A stretch of DNA of 64,000 bases. Origin: Octopus sinensis (lineage: Eukaryota). The DNA lies in NCBI RefSeq assembly GCF_006345805.1, contig NC_043001.1:91450001-91514000 (forward strand). Direction: 5' to 3'. The notes below the pieces were generated by a model, which did no database searches, was not told where the DNA came from, and saw nothing but the letters and a program-made list of their open reading frames with translations. Position 1 is the first letter of the stretch. Each line of letters opens with the position of its first letter. Positions 37,899 through 51,635 of this stretch are shown in pieces. The position numbers were made by a program, and so were the translations under genes.

Positions 37899-38310
37899 GT
37901 GGCTGTGTGATAAGTAGCTTGCTTAACAACCACATGGTTCCAGGTTCAGTCCCACTGCGTAGCACCTTGGGCAAGTGTCTTCTACTATAGCCTCGGAACG
38001 ACCAAAGCCTTGTGAGTGGATTTGGTAGACGGAAACCGAAAGAAGCCCGTCGTATATATGTATATATATATGTATATGTGTGTATATGTTTGTATCTGTG
38101 TTTGTCCCCCCCCACACACACACACCAACATTGCTTGACAATCGATGGTGGTGTGTTTACGTCCCCGTAACTTAGCGGTTCGGCAAAAGAGACCGATAGA
38201 ATAAGTACTAGGCTTCCAAAGAATAAGTCCTGGAGTCGATTTGCTCAACTAAAGGCGGTGCTCCAACATGGCCGCAGTCAAATGACTGAAAGAAGTAAAG
38301 AGTACAGAGT
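37899..38310 (+). mobile_element. SINE family A, full length
   Basis: Head, CCTTGGGCAAGT box, microsatellite and tail all present. Confidence 0.9.
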
Positions 38311-38311
38311 G

Positions 38312-38345
<34 letters not shown>

Positions 38346-38369
38346 TATATATACCACAAATGTCTCAAA

Positions 38370-39040
38370 AACTTATTGTGCACAGCATTTGCAATTTTGT
38401 CATCCTTTTGCTTGTTGAGCTGCTGACTTTGCACAAAATGCAAATCTGAACGCGGGGTGGGCATGAAGGTATGGATACCAGGTACCACGATCTGAAAAGT
38501 AGCAAACATCTCCCAGTCCTTTCCCCCGCCTCTCAGTTAGTTTAAACTGAGATTTAAACATCCAAATTTTTATGCAGTAAATTAGCTTGGCCATCCATCG
38601 GGCTCTCTGATAAGCCCCAGGTGCTTTAAAGCTGATTCCTGACTTGGGGGTACTACCGAGGAAAATGAGCGTTAGCTCGAGTAATTCCTTGTAGTCATTA
38701 CAAGGCTGCTGTTCATCAAGCTGAGCTTGTGCAAATTCAATGATTTCTTAGGGTCATCTGTTGCTGTTTGATAATTGTTCTTGTCAATTTCCACCCACTT
38801 TGCTTTTGAATCTCTTAAACAGTTGTATGTCAGGGCCAGTAGAAGATAGCAAGGAGACAGAAAATGTACAGTAAAATACAAGCTGAAAAATAACGATGTA
38901 CAAAATGTTCAATGGATGGTCGCAACCACTAAAACGTCTTCAATTGTGCTGAAATTTTGCATGTTGAGGTTTTGCACTAAATTAAATAAAATTAGATGGT
39001 GTCTTCAAGTTTTTGAAATAATAAGTTATTTTGCATCCCA
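38370..39040 (-). pseudogene. hAT-like (hATm-type?) transposase remnant
   Basis: QPCNDYKELLELTLIFLG...FKAPGAYQRARWMAKLIYCIKIWMFKSQFKLT; family call is from recall. Confidence 0.55.
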
Positions 39041-39075
39041 TTAATATATATATATATGTGTGTGTGTGTGTGTAT

Positions 39076-39290
39076 GGAGGCGCGAGGCTTTGTGGTTAGG
39101 GTGTCAGCATCATGATCGTAAGATTGTGGTTTCGATTCCTGGACCGGGCGATGCATTGTATTCTTGAGCAAAACACTTCATTTCACGTTGCTGAAGTCCA
39201 CTCAGCTGGCAAAAATGAGTAACGCTACAATGGACTGGTGTCAGCTGGGGAACACATACGCCACAGACCAGCAGTCGCCCATGCATGCCG
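39076..39290 (+). mobile_element. SINE family D
   Basis: tRNA-like head GTGGTTAGGGTGTCAGCATCATGATCGTAAG..GGTTTCGATTCC, homologous to 53622-53872 and 46840-47080. Confidence 0.8.
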
Positions 39291-39526
39291 CCCCCCTCCA
39301 CGCCACCAGTGTTATCCAAGAGAAAGGCAAAGGTCGATATAGCTTGGCATCAGTGACGTCGCAACTGGAGCAACGTGAAATAAAGTGTCTTGCTCAAGAA
39401 CACAACACACAGCCCGGTCCGGGATCCGAACTCATAACCTCACGATCGTAAGTAAGCCCGACGCTCTACCACTGAGCCATTCGCCTTCACACGTCACTAT
39501 ACATACTACATACATACTATATAATA

Positions 39527-39588
<62 letters not shown>

Positions 39589-39698
39589 CACATACAAAAT
39601 TATTATCGCAAGCATGCACGCACACACACGCACACACACGCATACGCACACACCCGCGCACACGCACACACACGTACATGTGCGTGCTGACATGCACT

Positions 39699-39737
<39 letters not shown>

Positions 39738-40226
39738 TATATATGTATATAAATATATATGTACATACATGCATGTGCGAGTGTGAGTGCGTGTCAGCAC
39801 GCGCATGTACGTGTGTGTGCGTGTGCGTGTGTGTGTGCGTGCACGCTTGCGATAATAATTTTGTATGTGAATACGCATTAGTGAATTGCTGTACACCAAC
39901 ATAGCGAAAAACAATATTATTTCGGATGTGATTTATTATATAACCCGTCCCCCCCACCACCCCAACCCCAATAACAAGCTAAAAAAATTTAAAGCACCGA
40001 ACTGTATTGCACAAATAGAGTTATTTGTCATCCCGTTGTGTTAAATAGTAGCTGCTATACATTGCTGCACGAACACAATTACTTATGTACACACACACAC
40101 ACACGCACGCACACACGCACGCACGCATATACGTGCACACATACACACGCACATGTATGTAAAGACATACATATTTGCATACACATCACACAAATATAAA
40201 TTTAATTTTTTCCGAAAATTATTCTT

Positions 40227-40261
<35 letters not shown>

Positions 40262-40389
40262 TGTGTGTGTTTGTGCGCACACGCAAATACACACAGCATA
40301 CGCGCGCCCGCTTACACAAGCATACTTTCGAACGCGTACAAAACACATACGCACACACACACACACATTCATACGCTTACATATACATA

Positions 40390-40420
<31 letters not shown>

Positions 40421-41844
40421 ATAATATATATATATATACATATATATGTACACACACACGAACACACGCGCCTAGACACACCTACAGGCGCACACACATA
40501 CACATTCAGGCCAAACACACACGCATGCACACACTCACATATACACACACACACGCACATACACACACAACACATATACTCATAAGCACGCATGAACATA
40601 CATATAACACACAGCACACATACATGCATACACACGCATACACACACACGCACACATACATACATCCACACATACACACGTCTAATATAAACTGACCTTT
40701 GCTCGCTCATATTGATTTCTGGTTTTGTCACAAGGCCAGCAATTTTTGAGGAGGGACGAAATCAATTACATCGACCCCAGTGATCCACTGCTACTTATTT
40801 CATCAACCCTGAAGGATAAAACATAATGTCGATCACTGCGGAATTTGAACTCAGAACGTAAAAACGAACGAAATACCGCTATGCATTTTGCGCGGCGTGC
40901 AAACGACTGTGCCAGCTCGCCGCCTTATTTCGGTCTTTTAGTTTGGTTTCAAATGTTGGCACAAGGCCAGTAATGCAGAGGGAGGCTCTAAATCGATTAC
41001 ATCGACCCAAGCGATCAATTAGTACTTATTCTATTCGCCGCGAAAGGATAAAAGGTAATATCGGCCTCTGTGAAATTCGAACTCGGAACGTAAAGGCGAA
41101 CGAAATGCTGTTAAGCAATTTTTCCCGGCGTTCTAACGACTCTGACAACTAGCCGTCTTGTTTTGTCCTTTAATTTTTTCTTTATTGCCCACAGGGGGCT
41201 AAACATAGAGGGGACTAACAAGGACAGACAAACGGATTAAGTCGATTACAGCGACCCAAGTGAGTAACTGATACTTATTTAAACGACCCCGAAAGGATGA
41301 AAGGCAAAATCGATCTCGGCGGAATTTGAACTCAGAACACAACGGCAGACAAAATTGCCCTTTCATTTTGACAATAATCACATGCCTCTGCCTGCACCTT
41401 TTCACACTTCTTATTCGTTCCACCCAGTGCATCAGTATCACAATAACACCACTGATTGGACAAGAAAGACGTGAAGGATGTTTTTTCAATCTAACCCACG
41501 TTAAATATTGTTGTAAAAGGTAGCCTAGTGCAAACAACTGCTCCCCTCACCCCCATCAGACTCTGCGTATTTCACGATATCAACTTTGATAAACAAAATC
41601 ATGTGACGATGACGTACAGGCATACTTCAACTTACGTCGGTAAAAGGTCCCAAGACATGCGACGTTACTCGAAAACGATGTAACACGAAAAGAGTTTTTA
41701 AAAGGCGTGGCTGTGTGGTAAGAAGCTTGATTCCCAACCACATAGTCCCGGGTTCATTCCCACTGCATGGCATTTTGGGTAAATGTCTTCAACTATAGAT
41801 CCGGGCGGAAACTGAGAGAACCCCATTGTATATATGTGTATATG

Positions 41845-42074
41845 GGCAGCGAGCTGGCAGAAACGTTAGCGCGCCGGGCGAAATGCTTTGCGGTATTTCG
41901 TCTGCCGTTACGTTCTGAGTTCAAATTCTGCCGAGGTCGACTTTGCCTTTCATCCTTTTGGGGTCGATAAATAAAGTACCAGTTTCGCACTGGGGTCGAT
42001 GTAATCGACTTAATCCGTTCGTCTGTCCTTGTTTGTGCCCTCTATGTTTAGCCCTTTGTGGGCAGTAAAGAAAT
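41845..42074 (+). mobile_element. SINE family B, full length
   Basis: Near-consensus copy. Confidence 0.9.
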
Positions 42075-42103
42075 ATATATATATATCTATGCATGTATAT
42101 ATT

Positions 42104-42136
<33 letters not shown>

Positions 42137-42849
42137 GAATGTATGTATATATTTATGTGTGTCATTGTGTTTGTGTTTGACCCCACTACCGCTCGACAAC
42201 CGGTGTTGGTGTGCTTATGTCCCAGTAACTTAGTGGTTTAGCAAAAAGAGATCGATAGAATAAGTACAAGGCCATAAAAGACTTAGTCTTGGAGTCGATT
42301 TGTTCCACTACATACTCTTCAAGGCGGTGCCCCAGCATGGCCACAGTCAAATGACTGAAACAAGTAAAAGAATAAAAGATGTCTATTTTAATAAATGGCC
42401 TATCATTTATCTTTAATCTTTGAAGGGTTTTTGAAGGGTTTTTAGTCGAATAAATCGACCCCAGTACTTACTCTTTTTTTAAAGCCTGGTACTTATTGCG
42501 CAAGGCCGGGTATCTCTGCTAGTATCACATACACTTGTAAATGATAGGTGCTATACACTCGGTCGTTTTGTAGAGGACGAAAACCAAGTTGATATGTCTG
42601 GTATAAGCTTTGTAATCAATGTAATACTGTGAAAACGCGGAGTCTTTTTCGTGTGATTAAACTGGTGCTCCGTCTGTTACGACGACGAGGGTTCCAGTTG
42701 ATCCGATCAACGGAGCAACATGCTCATGAAATTAACATGCAAGTGGTTGAGCACGCCACAAACATACGTACTCATAATGCAGTTCTCAGCGTGACACAAA
42801 ATGTGACAAGGCTGGCCCCTTTGAAATACAGATACTATTAATTTTTTTC

Positions 42850-43425
42850 GGGTGAAATGCTTAACAGTAATTCGTCTGTCTTTACGTTCTGAGTTCAGAT
42901 TCCGCCGAGGTCAACTTTGCCTTTCATCCTTTCGGGGTCGATTAAATAAGTACCAGTTACACACTGGGGTCGATATAATCGACTTAATCCCTTTGTCCTT
43001 GTTTGTCCTCTCTGTGTTTAGCCCCTTGTGGGTAGTAAAGAAATAGGTATTTCGACTGCCGTTACGTTCTGAGTTCGACTTTGCCTTTCATCTTTTCGGG
43101 GGCGATAAATTAAGTACGCACTAGGGTCGACGTAATCGACTTAATCCCTTTGTCTGTCCTTGCTTGTCCCCTCTATGTTTAGCCCCTTGTGGGCAGTAAA
43201 GAAATAAGAAACGTTAGCGCGCCGTGCGAAATGCATAGCAGTATTTCGTCTATCTTCGTGTTCTGAGTTCAAATTCCGCCGAGGTCGACTTTGCCTTTCA
43301 TCCTGTCGGGGTCGTTAAATTAAGTACGAATTACGCATGGGGGTCGATGTAATCGGCTTAATCCGTTTGTCTGTCCTTGTTTGTCCCCTCTATGTTTAGC
43401 CCCTTGTGGGCAATAAAGAAATAAG
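42850..43425 (+). mobile_element. Head-to-tail trimer of 5'-truncated family B SINEs
   Basis: Three CCCCTTGTGGG.A.TAAAGAAATA tails (near 43045, 43205 and 43425), the first two fused directly to internal 5' positions of the next unit. Confidence 0.85.
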
Positions 43426-45013
43426 ATACTATTCATTTTTGTCAGTTGGGTGGACTGGAGCAACGTGAAATAAAGTGCCATGCTCAAGGCCAGAGGCACT
43501 GCTGGGATTCGAACTGTCGAATACTCTAGCCGCTAAGCCACATTCCTTCACATGTGATTATACAGACAGGAAAATTACATTTATGAGCTCTATGTAAGTT
43601 TGACAATGTAATAGTCGTTTGTGCTTCCGGTATGACTAAACCCTGAGTTATTCTGCTCTATCTCCAGATACAGCAAACTAACTTGTTTGTTATAGGTGTC
43701 ATTTCATTGTAATATCGATTTTGTTCACCAGTTTCGTAGAAAACAATGTTATGTATGAGATCTAAGAAATAATAGTAATAAAAAGAAACGCCATGAGGTG
43801 TTGTTATAATCATAACAGTTGTTAGCGTGTAGGTGTGCATGTGAATGTGTGAGTGTGTGCGCATGTGTGTGTGTGCGGTTGTGTGTGTATGTAACAGTGC
43901 TGGGAGGTCTACGTGCGTGGGAGACATTGGATGTGTGAGAGTAAAAGTTAGAATGTGTGCATGTTGTGAGTGCGTGCGTGTGTATGTTTGCGTATGTGTG
44001 CGTGTATGTGTGTATGTGCGTGTTTGTGTGTGTGTGTGTGTGTGTGTGGTACATGTGCGCGCGTGTGTATGTGTGTTTTGTGCGTGTGTATGTGTGTGTA
44101 TGTGTGTGATGTATGTAGCGTGTGTGCATGTATGCGAGAATTATTGTGTAATGGTATGTTTAAAATGCGTGTGTGTATGAATGTGTGTTTGTGTGTGTAT
44201 CAATGTGTGTATGAGTGTGTTTGTGTGTGTATGTATCAGTGTGGTGTATGTAGTGAGCATATATGCGAGAATTATTGTGTAATGGTGTGTTTAAAAAGCG
44301 TGTGTGCATGAATGTGTGTGCATGTGTGTGTTTGTGTGTGTATGTGTGTGTGTGTCTGTGTGTGTGCATGAGCGAGAATCTCAATATGTGTGAAATGTAT
44401 GTGTAGGCAAAATGCGTATGTATGCTAAAGAAAGAATGCACATGTGTCTGTATATATGTATATATGTCACGTATGTAATATATACGACTGCAATGTGTAT
44501 ACGTAGAGGAGAAAAGGGTGTGTGTGTGAATTTGAGGTTCGCTTGTTTATAACTTCTCTGCTTTCTTTATTTTGACCACAGTTATGAGTAGCTTCAATAT
44601 CCGGGAGGAAATTCGGCCCACATTGAAGGTTGTTGTCAAAAGCTTCGCAATCACAACTGTGAGACAGATTTTGGCCCTAATAGGATGAGGGCTATGAATC
44701 ATGTAATAAAAGCTACTACGTGTACACTCGAATTACTGAATCAAGTATTCTATGGTGGGTGAGCACGCAGTGGTGATAGAAGTAGTGTACGAATGCAAGC
44801 GAAATGGATGGATAGATGTGTGGATGCGAACGGGTTGACGAGCAAGAAGAGGAGGAACATGGAGAAGGATTAAAAATGGCGATGAACTATGAATTTAATT
44901 TGGAACTCAGTATTCAGCAATACTGCCTGAGTGTGTAGATGAGCATGCACATGAGCGAATAAGTATATTTGTTTTTGTTAGGATATGCCGTAGGCAGCTT
45001 CTACAGACTTGCA

Positions 45014-45093
<80 letters not shown>

Positions 45094-45103
45094 AATGTAT
45101 CTC

Positions 45104-45175
<72 letters not shown>

Positions 45176-45221
45176 CACACACACACACACACCACACACA
45201 CACACACATACATATATATGT

Positions 45222-45287
<66 letters not shown>

Positions 45288-45323
45288 ATTCTCTAAATGA
45301 GATATAGACAGTGACTGCTCCGT

Positions 45324-45439
45324 AATATAAGGGATATTAGCCAACCGGGTGACGTTGATGTTCGCCTGAGGCTAAATGCAACAGTGACACCCCCACCACC
45401 CTGCCCTGTCCCTAGCCATATTCGGTTGGCTAATATCCC

Positions 45440-45446
<7 letters not shown>
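45324..45446. mobile_element. 123-bp MITE with a perfect 24-bp terminal inverted repeat
   Basis: AATATAAGGGATATTAGCCAACCG (45324-47) and CGGTTGGCTAATATCCCTTATATT (45423-46). Confidence 0.85.
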
Positions 45447-45519
<73 letters not shown>

Positions 45520-45744
45520 TCTATTCTTTTTATTCTTTTTATTCTTTTATTTGTTTCAGTCATTTGACTGCGGCCATGCTGGAGCACCGACTTTAGCCGA
45601 GCAAATCGACCCCAAGACTTAATCTTTGTAAGCCTAGTACATATTCTATCGGTCTCTTCCGCCGAACCGCTAAGTTAGGGGGACGTAAACACACCAGCAT
45701 CGATTGTCAAGCGATGTTGGGGGGGGGGGACAAACACAGACACA

Positions 45745-46770
45745 TGCTGGAGCACCTCTGTGGTCCTTCTGATTTCCGCAGCCGGGGTCGTTTCACATCG
45801 CCGTTCCTGTACGTGCCTCTGTCCCAGCTGTTGGTTCGTCCGGTATTGTGGAGAGTAGGATGTCTAGTTCCTTTTTGAAGACATCTACTTCCATTTTATG
45901 TAGATTTCTTAATTTTTGTTGTAGGGAATTGAAGAGCCGTGGTCCTTTGAACCCTAGACTATTGCAGTACCAGGTCTTGAATTCAGATGGAGTGGATGGA
46001 ACCTTTGGTACAATACAATGGCGGCCAGTTCTGGCATTTGTATAACACTGAATGCCGAAATTAGGTACTAGCCCTTCTAGAGTTTTCCTTATGTAGATTA
46101 TTGCATATCTTTCATTCTTTTGCTTCAGGGAGTAAAGCTGCGGTTTTCTCAGCCTATCCCTGTAGCTCATCCGCACCACTTTTCAGTCTTTTTAGTATAT
46201 TGACGCTGGACTGCTTCAAGCTCCGCTGTTAGTTTGGTACTATGTGGTGACCATAACTAGGAGCAGTAGTCCAGGCGGTTGAGAATAAAGGTTTTCCACA
46301 GGGTCAACATAGTTTCTTGGTCTCTTGTCTTGAAGGACCTCAGTATCGATCCTGCTAGTTGTCTGCACTTTGCTGCTATCTTGGTAATATGCATATAAAA
46401 TGATGCGTCATTGCACATACTGATCCCTAAGTCTTTCACTGCCTGTGATTCTGAGTTTGTAATGCTTTCAGGTCCTGCATATGCAGGCTGTAGTGCATTC
46501 GGGAGTTGATAGTGCAGTGCTCGAAATTTTCCAGCATTAAACTGCATGTTGTTTATTTCGACCCGCTTGTATATCGAATTCATGTCCCGCTGTAAGCTTG
46601 TGATTTCATCTTGGTTTTTTGTCGCCTGTAATAATTTTGTATCTTCGGCATAGCTGGTGACAGTGGCTGTCCGAGTGACCATGGGCATGTCTAAAAGGGT
46701 TGTTATGAACAGTAATGACCCCAGATCAGCTCCCTGGGGGACGCCACTTACGATTTGAGTTTCCTCAAAT
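45745..46770 (-). pseudogene. CR1-like LINE, 5'-truncated RT C-terminal half
   Basis: SGVPQGADLGSLLFI...SYAEDTK (YADD-like), KDLG, FKTRD, RLDYCS, YSLKQKNERYAIIY. Confidence 0.88.
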
Positions 46771-46771
46771 T

Positions 46772-46807
<36 letters not shown>

Positions 46808-47097
46808 GTGTGTGTGTGTGTATCTTCACAAAAGTTTGTGGAGGCGGGTAGCTTAGTGGTTAGGGATGTTGGACTCATTATCATAAGACTGTGGTTTCGA
46901 TTCCTAGCCCGGGAATACGTTGTATTTTTTGAGGAAAACACTTCGTTTCAGGTTGTTCCACCACGCTCAGCCAACAAATGTGAGAAATCTTGCGACAGAG
47001 GTCCCATCCTATGAGGGAATGTATGTACCACGGAAACCGGAGAGCCGGCCCTCTGAGTTTATATGACTTAGGAAGGATCTTTATCCTGTTATATATA

Positions 47098-48562
47098 CAG
47101 CCTTGGCCAAAATTATTAGGCCACCCCAATGTTTTGGAGTTCTGCTATCTCGATGTTAATGAAACTCGTGCACATGGTAGATCATGGTATATTTCACAAT
47201 ATGCATTAGTTTTAATATCTGGTTGACCCTCCTTTAGCATCAGTTTCTGTTTTTATACTGTATTGTACATAAGCAACCAATTATGAGTAAGGCCAACGTC
47301 CAAAATTAACTTATGTTTCCTTGATTATTTCAGAGTTTTATGTTAAAATACATTGTAGATATGTAAAATGCCTAAAACAAGGGAGTTGAGTGAGTGTGAG
47401 TGAAGTCAAATCGTAGCTCATCATGAAGAGGGAATGTCTCAAAGGCAAATTGCTCAGGAGATGTGTAGTGCGAACGACTCTCAAGTACTTCAGAGAGACA
47501 AAAGATGTGAAGACAATACAAAGAACAGGCAGAAAAAAGGTTATATCACCGTCAGTCACTCAGAAACAGAAGAAAAACATTGTCTGTGCTGACTTCAACA
47601 AGGCAAGTACTTCACAAATATCAACCAGAACTGTAAGAAGAAGGCTTGTAGAGTACGATCTCAAAGGCTGTAAAACCAAGAAAAAGACATGGGTTTTTGA
47701 AGGGAATATGGAACACATCTTCAGTGGGCCAAAAACCACTCAAATTGAACCAGTGGGCAATGGTCAAAAGTCATATGGTCTGATGAAAGTAACTATGAGA
47801 TAAGATAGTACATGTATTCAATAAACATATAAACTTAATGTAACTGGTTTGTTGCCCAAAATATATAAAAAAAGTATCCAACATGAAGCCAATATTATTT
47901 TTCATGTTTTTACTCAGGTTTTCAATACATCTGGGGCAACTTTCGTACATTGCAGTGTTGGGGAAGCATTTAACGCTGAATGTCTGGTATCAACTGTAAA
48001 ACATGGGAGTGGTTCTATCATGGTGGGGCCTGCATGTCTGACACGGGATCCGGAGGAATATTTTCATGTTAAGGAAGGAGAAATTCAGCTACCTATGTTT
48101 CTATGTTATCAGATGTTTTAGAGCCATCAATTGCTAAATTGCATTCAGGAGTGTCAAAAAACAGTGTTATCTTTCAACAGGACAATGCTTCCTGTCATAC
48201 AGAAAAGAATACTCAACAATGGTTTGAGACACAGGGTATTGTTCCCATCTACATCCGATCGAACACCTATGGGCAACTTTTGGAGAAGCTATCAGGAACA
48301 CAAAAATAAAAAATAAAGAGCATTTGTACTAAAAGTTGAGAGAAGAATGGAGTAAAATTGCGCCTAGCAACTGCAAGCAACTGGTTGATTCAATGCCTAA
48401 CCGTATAAAAGCAGTAATTGAGGCTAAATGAGGGTCAACCAGATATCAAAACTAATGTACATTGAAATATACCATAAGATATTATGTGCACGAGTTTCAT
48501 TAACATTGAGATAGCAGAACCCCAAAAACATTTGGGTGGCCTTATACTTTTGGCCAAGGCAG
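47098..48562 (+). mobile_element. Full-length inactivated Tc1-like transposon with ~140-bp TIRs and an apparent intron
   Basis: TA-flanked; TIRs about 47098-47238 and 48422-48562; MPKTRELSECE..., WSDESNYE, TVKHGSGSIMV, FQQDNASCH, DSMPNRIKAVI. Confidence 0.9.
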
Positions 48563-49019
48563 TATATATTACTAATATAGGAACAAGGCCTGATATTCTG
48601 GAGGAGGAAGTTAGTCGATTACAATGACTCACCAATGCTCGACTTGTCAACCCTGAAAGGATGGAAGGCAAAGTTGATCTGGGCAGAATTTGAACTCAGA
48701 ACGAAAGGCGAAATACTGCTAAGCATATTATCCGCCGTTATCGTTTCTCCCAGCTCACCTATACATACATACATGGTGGCTGCCCCCTCGTTATCAAGTA
48801 TGCCCATTGCACGAAGCTTAATCAATGTTGTTATCGTGCAATGCCTGTGCAAGAAGATTTTTTTTAAAGTGAGGAAAGGCTGTGCACTGAGTCAATCCCA
48901 CTCACTAAGCAACAACAACCATAATCCGAAAAGAAGAACAAGTCAACATCATCGGAAACCACTGAGCCGCAGGTTTTATGTCGGAGTTATCTCAGTTACC
49001 TGAGTTACCTTCTCCTAGA

Positions 49020-49325
49020 AGGATGCCCTAACAAAGGATGGGAGTCCTTCACTCCCAATAGTTTAATCGCGCGATCGGTTATTCAGTCCGATTATTTCTA
49101 TGTCCCCGCGCATGATACAGCCTTAAGACATTTATTGGATGGCCGTTGACTCTCAAGAGTTCCTTCGCCCTTTGACAGGTTTTGTTTTTCATCCCGCAGG
49201 GTCTCCAATAAACACCCTCCTCACCAAGCAAGCTTGGTGGGGTTGCTGGTTTAGTCGCCGATGATCCGACCATGCAACAGGCTGTACTGGGTTACATTGT
49301 TACCAGTAGCACTCGAAAGTGGCCT
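49020..49325 (-). mobile_element. RTE-type LINE 5' UTR-like fragment
   Basis: GGCGACTAAACCAGCAACCCCACCAAGCTTGCTTGGTGAGGAGGGTG resembles RTE/BovB 5' regions (recall). Confidence 0.4.
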
Positions 49326-49344
49326 GGCATACACATACATACAT

Positions 49345-49482
<138 letters not shown>

Positions 49483-49490
49483 TATATATA

Positions 49491-50095
49491 TCAGTCTGAG
49501 TAAAAAGTAAACAACATTTTGAAGCATGAAATTCGCCACAATATATTTCAATAATGCGGATATTTTATTCATCAAAGTAAGTGCCGTTACAATCAACACA
49601 TTTTCCCTACGAATTACTAGTTTGTTTATTCCGGTAACATAAAAATCTGGAGTTCTGGAGCTGATGATCTCTTTAAACGCACTTTCAGCATCGGTTTGAT
49701 TTTTGAACTCCTTCTCTTGCAGGACACCATCAAGGTGCTTGTAAAAGTGCTACTGGGGATTAAGCTAGGTGCGGAACAACTTCGTAGCCAAGTTCCTTCA
49801 ACTTCTGGAGCGTCATTAGTGAAACGTGTGATCGAGCATTGTCATGAAGAATGATTGGCCCTCTTCTGTTGACCAGTCTGGATGGTGGAGTAGCAGTTTT
49901 TCGTTCATTTTGGCAATTTCATGGCAATATGCTTCTGCAGTAAGGGTTTTTCCGGGTTTTAAGAAGTTATAGGGGATGAGTCCAGTAATACACTGCCAAA
50001 CAGTCACCATAACCTTCTTTTTGAAGAGCTCGGGTTTAGTGAATGTTTTCGGTGCTTCATTTTGGTCCAACCACTGCGAAGAATGTTACTGGGTT
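49491..50095 (-). mobile_element. Mariner (DD34D-type) 3' fragment
   Basis: KPELFKKKVMVTVW...FLKPGKTLTAEAYC..., HDNARSH, FYKHLD..., YFDE*; TIR-like end at 49491. Confidence 0.85.
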
Positions 50096-50746
50096 ACTAT
50101 TGTAATTTTCTGTCAATTGAATAAAAAATAATGCTAAGAAGTTTTCTTCCTAATAGCGTAGTTCAGAGTTCAGTCCCGCCGTGTGACACATTTGAGGAAA
50201 CGTCTTCTTTCATAACCTCGAGCTGACCAAAGACTTGTGAGTTAATTTGGTAGGCGAAAACTGTAAGAAATTCGTCGTATACATATATATACGTATACAT
50301 GTGTGTGAGTGCATGCGTGCATGCGTGTGTGTGCGTCCGTGCGTGTGTGTGTGCATCCGTGCGTGTGCTCGTGCGTGCGCATATGTGTGTGTGCGTACGT
50401 GTGTGTGTGTGCTTGTGTGTGTATCTATGTATGTCTTTGGTTTTTGTCTGTCCGCCACTAGCGCTTGATAACCGGTACTGGTTTGTTGATTTGTTTCCGT
50501 CCCCGTAACTTTGCGGATCGGCAAAAGTGGCTTGTAGAACAATCTCTCTCTCTCTCGCGCGCGCGCTCTTTCTCTCTCTCTCTCACATACGCCTACACAC
50601 ACAAAGCTTGTCTTCAGGCAGAGGGTGTGACTAAGACTCGCTTTAACATTGATATATGATAACACTGTGTCATCATAATAACTGCTTCACCCTCGTTGTC
50701 GCCGTCGTCGTCGTCGTCGTCGTCCTCCTCCTCCTCCTCCTCCTCC

Positions 50747-50777
<31 letters not shown>

Positions 50778-51330
50778 TATGAATACCGTTATCGTTTGTC
50801 CGGCTAAACTCTTCAAGGTAATGCCCCAGCATGGCCACAGTCCAATGACTGACAAGTAAAATATAAAAGTTACCCCTGTATGATGTTCTGTTTCTCCTGC
50901 CAAGACGTCTCTGGTATGTTGTCACTGCTTTTCTCATCCTAGCTGAATGACACGTACTAATATTCTTTGTCTCCCTGTCATGTATTCCTTTTGTGTCGGC
51001 CATACCACCTACATTTTCGGAAAATCTACAATTTAGATATTTGTGTTTCGTAACTTTTTGTATGTTTTCGTATATTTACTTATTGTCAACCTGTCCTGTC
51101 ACTCCTTAAGTGAGCAATCCTGTTTTCCATCCATCCATCTATCCAGCCATCCATATACGCACGCGTGTGTGCGCGTGTATAACAAAACAAAAATATAAGC
51201 TGGAAGACAACAGATATCAAGTCATATTATAATATAGTTATACTAATACTGATATATAAATATATAAATATATAAATATATATCTATTTATATAAATAGA
51301 GAAAAACCAATATATATATATAAATGAGTG

Positions 51331-51391
<61 letters not shown>

Positions 51392-51478
51392 AGTTAATCC
51401 AAACATGAAAACACAACAATGCGAGGACGTGAAATAAGTATAGTGCTATTGGACACCCAGGAAAGGAAAGAAAGAAGA

Positions 51479-51513
51479 ACTTAACGTTTCGAGCGGAACT
51501 CTTCATCAGAAAT
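51479..51513 (-). ncRNA. Minimal type I hammerhead ribozyme motif with intact core
   Basis: ATTT-CTGATGA-A-GAGT-TCC-GCTC-GAAAC-GTT-AAGT; same family as 25994-26028. Confidence 0.65.
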
Positions 51514-51599
51514 ATAAAAAAAGGAAAGATCCAAGGAAGGGAAAACGGAGGAAAAAATCGCCAACGATACACACGCGGTTACATATAAATGAATATATA

Positions 51600-51635
<36 letters not shown>

